This document shows, piece by piece, positions 10,201 to 15,446 of a stretch of DNA of 15,446 nt. The DNA is from Geosiphon pyriformis uo1 (taxonomy: Eukaryota > Fungi > Glomeromycota), in contig JAAOMT010000728.1 in assembly GCA_016748015.1 (NCBI GenBank), positions 1-15,446 of the forward strand, written 5' to 3'. Below the pieces are notes generated by a model. The model was not told the DNA's origin. It did not search any database and saw only the letters and a program-made list of their open reading frames with translations. Each line of letters starts with the position of its first letter. The stretch's first letter is position 1. The translations under genes were made by a program, and so were the position numbers.

Positions 10201-10321
10201 ATTCAAAAGTTCATCAAAATTTATAGAAATTTACCGAAATAATTGATAGTTCACCAAAATATCTAATAGTTTGCAGAAATAACTTGTAGTTTGCGAAAAT
10301 GTATCTTTAGTTCAGCAAAAT
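10201..10321 (+). repeat. U3 array: six units with 20-bp period
   Basis: attcaaaagttcatcaaaat / ttatagaaatttaccgaaat / aattgatagttcaccaaaat / atctaatagtttgcagaaat / aacttgtagtttgcgaaaat / gtatctttagttcagcaaaat. Confidence 0.82.
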
Positions 10322-10369
10322 TATAGAAAATAGCAAAGTTCAAGTTCATAGAATAGTGTTATGACAAGT

Positions 10370-10378
10370 TATATAAAA
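10370..10378 (+). promoter_or_regulatory. LTR TATA box
   Basis: TATAAAAGAAGAGC is conserved between A and D; it lies downstream of the U3 array and about 80 nt upstream of AATAAA. Confidence 0.65.
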
Positions 10379-10729
10379 GAAGAGCTTCTCTTTTCGAGAA
10401 AATGTATCTTACTTTAGATTTATTACTTGGAACTATTCCTACACACAAAAAGAAATAAATATCAAATAATTTGAAAAACCAAATTCTTTAATTATTGTAC
10501 TTAAAAAATCTCCAAAACCCAACTAACATTTCGAAATTGATTAGCTACCAATTTCAGTAAAACTGTTAGTGACTCCAGGCCTGAATAGAAAACGTTTTCC
10601 TTGATAAAATTCTATTTCTTTTACATTTCTTTTATTTTCTTTTATTTTCTTATCATAATTATTAGGGTAACCTACAGACGAGATTCCTGTAGAAGAGTTG
10701 ACTTTCACAGCAAAGTAACTACACATTTT

Positions 10730-10744
10730 TAGTGAGCTTCCAGA
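10730..10744 (+). promoter_or_regulatory. candidate primer-binding site (decayed TGGCGAGC...)
   Basis: TAGTGAGCTTCCAGA after ...ACACA-TTTT; identical in copy A. Confidence 0.5.
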
Positions 10745-11013
10745 TGAGCAATTCCTGGGAAAAAGTTGACGTTTACTACAATGTAACTACATAAAGCAAC
10801 TGGCACTGAATTGGCCATTCCACTTATAAGCCCAGCAATTCAAATTATAAGAGATAATTTGAAGATAAATTCAGTTACTGGAGGTTCAACCACATCCAGA
10901 AAATGTGAATTCACAGCAAACAGGCATCAACAACATTCAAGAAAAGAGACCAAAAACCTTTGGTAACATTTGGTGCTTTCTCACGAAAACAACACAGCAA
11001 AAACAACTTCAAA

Positions 11014-12910
11014 GTGGCAACCACACCAGACACAACAACTCTAAAGTATTACCAGTCAATTTACACCCACTGCAAGCAAAGATTCAATATTCCAGACAGA
11101 ATTGAAGTTGTCAAGAAATCAGTATACCAATACATTGAAAACCGTATCAACAATTATCTTTTTAAAAATTACAATATCTTAGAAGTTAGAAGCAACCTTT
11201 ACAATAATTTAGCACACTATTCACAGTTGGGAACTGAAGACTTTAACAGTGAAACACTTGTCACTTACTTTTATGAACTTAATTTTAATATTATCAAATA
11301 CTGTGAAGAAACATATCCAGTGCAGTCTCAATACACTATTGATTTTGAATCAGAAACAGAAACAAATAACAAAGGCAAAAACAAATTGAAGCAATACTCA
11401 AGAACCACCCCAAATACTCCAACATTACCGAAAACAATTGCCAACCATTTACAAACACCTGAACAAGAAACCAGTTCAAAACTTTTACTTACTATTACAT
11501 CTTTTCTAGCTTCACTTGCACAAGCACAAATGCCTAATTCACTCTTGAATCGATTTGCAAGACCAGAAGATTTTACAGCACTCAGAAGTCCTATCAGACA
11601 ACAAAAACCTCTTCAAACTAGTTCCAATCTCCTTGATTTTCTAGCTGAAAACCAAAGTGAACACTCTGAGACAACAGCAAATGAAGAAAACAACTCTGAA
11701 ATAACTGAAGAAGAATCAATAAACAGTAAAAAGGAAGAAGACAAAATGACAACATATATCGCAAAAATCCCTGAATTCAATGGAGAAGATATTGAGACCA
11801 GTCTCCAAGAATGGCTCAACCAAGTTACTAAAGCTGGAAATGCAAATGGATGGAATGCTGCCAGAATGTTAAGAACAATTCCCTACTTTCTCAAAGAAAC
11901 AGCAGGAGAATGGTTTGAAAACTTGGCCACCCCATTCAATGATTGGAATGCTTTCAAAGCAGCCTTCCTTGAACAGTTTACCGACAATAATACCTCCATC
12001 ACTCTTTGTAATCATTTTCAAAATATTAAACAAGAACCCTCTGAATCTATTATGACTTATATTGGGAAATTCAACAAACTTCTCAGACAAATTCACCAAC
12101 TCAAAACAAACAATTATTATTCCGATGCTCAAATCTTGGATCAATTTATCACTGGTCTAAAAGATAAACTAATTAAAAAGGTTTGCCCACATGCGCCAAA
12201 AGATTTAAACTCTGCCATACAGCATGCAAAAAAATACAAAATGGCCATGGAAAAGGCCAATTGCACAAAACTTGTAAATTTGGCAATTGGAGAAACCAGC
12301 TCAGCAGCTAAGGAAAAAATTGACCAACTCACAAAAAAGATTGAAAACTATTTCACCAATCAACAACAACAGCAACCCCAAAAATATCAACCACCCTAAA
12401 GATGAAATCAAAATAACTTTGCACCACTTTCCAATAACCAGCCTCAGAATTGCCATTACTGTGGAATCTTTGGCCACTGGAAAAGAGATTGCAGAAAGCT
12501 ACAACAAGACCAACAAAATAGGAGTAATCAATATTATCTTCCACCACAGCAATCTTATTATCAACTGCCACCACCAGCTTACTATCCACCAAAATCCCAA
12601 TACCAAAATAACTATTATCAGCCCACCCCACAGCCAATTCAACAGCAATACCAGCAACCACCTACACAACATTATCCAGTACCTGTTTGAAGACTGATTA
12701 CACAAAATCAACTCACTCCACAAAACTGATACCAAGTAAACAACAATAGAATTGGTTCGAACAACCAATTAGCTCCCCGAAATTCCACTCAACCAAGACC
12801 CAATCACTACCACACTCAACCCAGTTATTTAACAATGCCAGAAAAACAGGATTTTCACCATATTGCACTCTCAGAAGGTAGAGCTGCAGCACAACAACAA
12901 CAAAACCCTT
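11014..12910 (+). pseudogene. gag: gag: N-terminal extension, capsid (from ATG 11746), CCHC knuckle, Q/N/P/Y-rich tract
   Basis: 479-aa ORF 10960-12399 contains retrotransposon-gag-like IPEFNGED..EWL..GW..WFENL..W.AFK.AFLEQF..IKQ..ESIMTYIGKF..QFITGL. The frame continues through CAA/CGA-derived stops to CHYCGIFGHWKRDC (12451-12492). Confidence 0.92.
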
Positions 12911-13049
12911 CTTATACTCTCACCACAATCCTACCAGCCAGAATTGCTAAAAACACTAACTTTTCAGATATATTCCCTTTTGAGTTCAAAGCAAATGAGT
13001 CACCATTTCTGCTTAGCAATGCAGCCGCCAATGAACAAAAAGCAATCAC

Positions 13050-13410
13050 AGCCATGTACACTGAAGCCGAAGTCGAAGGAAAGACAATTCGCTTAATCCT
13101 AGACAATGGATCTGCCAGAAGCATTATCACCTACCAGTTAATGCAACAGTTGAAAAGAAATGTCGACTGACCAGCTCAAACAGTAATCGTCACTGCTGAT
13201 GGCATGAAAAAGATCCCAGTAGAAGAAATTGACAATTTTTCATTCACTCTTGATGGAATCACCATTCCAGTCAAAGTTTTTGTAATGGACGCATCCCAGT
13301 ACCAAGCCCTCGTCGGAAATAATTGGCTTCAAAAAGCCAATGCTAATCTGAATTAGGAAACATAAGAATTAACAATCTCCTACCAAGGACAACACACTCA
13401 GGTACCTGCC
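13050..13410 (+). pseudogene. retropepsin-type aspartic protease, in frame with gag
   Basis: EAEVEGKTIRLILDNGSARSII (DSG in copy A), flap VIVTADG, and QALVGNNWL. Confidence 0.92.
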
Positions 13411-13620
13411 ACTTGTGGTACATTCAACAAACGCTCTGAAAAAGCCCCAGCTTTTGAATTCGAACCGGAAGAGAAAAAACCCCTCATTAAAACATTTATG
13501 GCTCTTGGATCAACGTCCAACTGGGCTGATGAAACAGAACAAGAACATTTTACCCCACACTCTGAACCTGAAACCTCTGAATAGAATATCCCTTACTCAA
13601 AACCTGAACCAAGGAAACAA

Positions 13621-14240
13621 TGCCCCTATATTCCCCTTAAATGTAAGGACTGCCACAAGAAACTATCATCAATGGAAGCCTGTATTTCACCTGAAGAAAA
13701 ATATGAAAATCATACTTGTTATTACTACAAGACTTGCCACAGAGAATGATGAGGCTATCTAATAAAAAAGAGCAGAAAATAAGACAACACCTCTTGTTTG
13801 ACTTGTGGAGATATGCTACTGAAAGAATGCAATTGGATTGATGTAGCCATGAGAGAAGAAGTCTGCAATCAGACCTGCCAATATGCTTTATCAATTTCAG
13901 AAAAAGTAAAAAGAGGAACACCCTTTAATGCAGCATACAACAGTGCTTTCAACAAACTTTATCACTACCCCCATAATGCCAAAATGATTTTCAACTTAGC
14001 AATGGCATTAATTAATTACCAAAGAAGATGTTCGCCAAATGAAGGAAGCAGAATATATTGAATATATCATGGAATTAGCTGGATTTGATTATGAAGACGA
14101 AGTAAAAGTCTACCACCAAATCGCAAGTTACACCTACCCAACCCAAGAAGCTCAAATTCAACAATTAGAGCAAATGAACATTAGGCTATGTGAAGAATGC
14201 ATTATGCCTTGTGATGAACAGTAGTGTCCTGAATGTTACG
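13621..14240 (+). pseudogene. Cys-rich insert of unknown function in the polyprotein (three putative C4 zinc sites plus helical region); frameshift at about 14017
   Basis: CKDC(13642)...[Y/C]KTC(13726-13737); CLTC(13795)...CNQTC(13864-13878); CEECIMPCDEQ*CPEC(14189-14236). In frame with protease upstream and with dUTPase downstream. Confidence 0.72.
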
Positions 14241-14359
14241 CTCTTAGCATTCCTTTGCCCAGCAAAAATGATGAATACAAAATTGAATTCGGAGAACTTG
14301 AAGTGACAGAAGAAATTGAGACAACACTCACCTATCTCATTGAAAATCAGCCTGCTTTA

Positions 14360-14788
14360 CAACTTAAATATTTCAACAACAATGGACAAGGAATAAAACC
14401 AGAAAAAGCCCATGAGATCAATGCTGGATATGATCTAAGATATCCAGGAAAAGATACTCTTACTCTTAAACCCAAATTTTTCACAAAATTCAACCTCAAA
14501 ATTGTCCTCAAAATCCCACCAGGAGCAATGGTTCAAATTGCTTCTCAATCATCCTTGGCAAGCAAAGGAATCAATGTTAGAGGAGGAATCATTGATGCTG
14601 GATACACAAGAAACATCACAGTCATGTTACAAAATGAAACTAATAAACCTTTCAAAATTGGATATGCTGATAAAATTGCTTAAGCTATCTATTTACCCTT
14701 AATCAACATTTCGGGTTTACAATTAGTTAATCAAAGAGAACAGTTGGGAAAAAGCGAAAGAGGAACAAAAGGTTTTGGTTCAACTGGA
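14360..14788 (+). pseudogene. dut: trimeric-type dUTPase domain within pol
   Basis: All five motifs in order: AGYDL (14423), ASQSSLA (RSS, CGA>CAA), GGIIDAGYTRNI, KIA*(Q) and RGTKGFGSTG. Confidence 0.95.
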
Positions 14789-15226
14789 CATTTCACAGTT
14801 CCAGTAAACATAGCTTTCAATGAACAGAAAGAATCACACCAGATTTTACAACTTCCACAACCAATTATCATTTCACCCTTTGGAGAACATCCTGAAATTT
14901 ACATTTGTGAAAAGCCAACAACTACACAACAAATTTTTGAATCAAACAAACAAATCTGCTTGAAATATAATATCTTGATCCCAAACATTTATATTCCAGA
15001 AGGAACAAAGAAAGTCCGAGTTACTTTTTACAATCCCAACAATTATCCCATAATTTTATTAAATAACTTAGAAATTGGAATCATTCACAGTAACATCTTT
15101 CAACAAAAATTACTCCAAACAGTCCCTGATTTTTCTGAAATTATTGGACATTCACTACCAAAAATCAACACAAATCTCAGCTCCAAAAACTACCATATTG
15201 TTATAGAAAAACTATCTTGAATCAAC

Positions 15227-15446
15227 ATGGGACAACTTGAACCACAACAACAAAACCAGCTCAAGAAACTAATTGCAAATTTTGCTGATATTTTTGCCAA
15301 AAACAACAATGACTTAGGAAGAACCGATTTGGTGCAACACCAAATCTATACAGGAGATGCCAAACCAAGGCGACAACAAGCCTACCGAGTTGCTCCAGAA
15401 AGCCACCAATTTATCCAAGAAAAAGTACAATAGACGCTTAACAATG
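15227..15446 (+). pseudogene. pol: N-terminal lead-in of Ty3/Gypsy reverse transcriptase (truncated by window end)
   Basis: QLKKLIANFADIFA...DLGRTDLVQHQIYTGDAKPRRQQAYRV...FIQEKVQ is the typical pre-RT segment; same frame as dUTPase. Confidence 0.9.

Larger units (their letters stand above)
9984..10725 (+). repeat. 5' LTR of copy D (about 742 bp; inner end inferred)
   Basis: TGT...ACA termini; homologous to 2633-3357(-); TATATAAAA at 10370, AATAAA at 10454; PBS-like sequence follows. Confidence 0.78.
9984..15446 (+). mobile_element. Ty3/Gypsy LTR retrotransposon, family 1, copy D, dUTPase-encoding; 5' part, continues right of the window
   Basis: Starts TGTTAC at 9984, exactly where integrase homology of copy C stops; then LTR, PBS-like site, gag, protease, dUTPase and start of RT. 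Confidence 0.94.

Noticed and set aside
10201-10321. CRISPR-like repeat-spacer array (also 3056-3150 and 5704-5842)
   Set aside because: Units and spacers are far too short and degenerate, lie inside LTR U3 regions, and there are no cas genes; the context is eukaryotic.
10522-10528. Family-1 LTR ending at ACTAACA (10528), giving TGTTA...TAACA termini, with possible Tf1-like self-priming
   Set aside because: No TGG-type PBS follows and complementarity to the presumed transcript 5' end is only partial; the end at 10725 has an adjacent PBS-like motif. Not fully excluded without the 3' LTR.
10744-10960. ATG 10744 as the gag start (it is in frame with gag)
   Set aside because: Copy A has ATA there, three in-frame stops are shared by both copies, and 1-nt indels separate the copies before 11014.
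1-15446. Giant inverted duplication or palindrome centred at about 7200
   Set aside because: Arms have different junction positions, indels and subfamily-level divergence; independent nested insertions explain the symmetry.

Overview
AT-rich eukaryotic, probably fungal, repeat DNA; the protein style recalls Glomeromycota/Geosiphon transposons, but that is recollection and not a search result. No host gene, RNA gene or CRISPR array is visible. The window is five abutting, decayed retroelement pieces in a mirror-symmetric nest. From left to right: Ty3/Gypsy family-1 copy A (-, 1-3357: 5' LTR, gag, protease); Ty3/Gypsy family-2 copy B (+, 3358-6528: RNase H, integrase, extra ORF, PPT, 3' LTR); a non-LTR/LINE fragment with RNase H (-, 6529-7925); family-2 copy C (-, 7926-9983); and family-1 copy D (+, 9984-15446). 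The family-1 element is the unusual part. (i) Its polyprotein reads N-terminal extension - capsid - CCHC - Q/N/P/Y-rich tract - protease - about 300 aa insert with three putative C4 zinc sites - dUTPase - second degenerate dUTPase-like repeat - RT. (ii) About 1.35 kb from the LTR promoter to the capsid ATG is nearly free of ATG in all frames, yet holds a conserved ~240-codon in-frame extension starting at a Kozak-context GTG, suggesting two Gag isoforms by non-AUG initiation plus leaky scanning. (iii) Its U3 has a 20-21-bp-phased array of a 13-bp motif. Family 2 carries a conserved ~220-codon orphan ORF in the env position. All pieces show heavy C>T/G>A decay, including at non-CpG sites.
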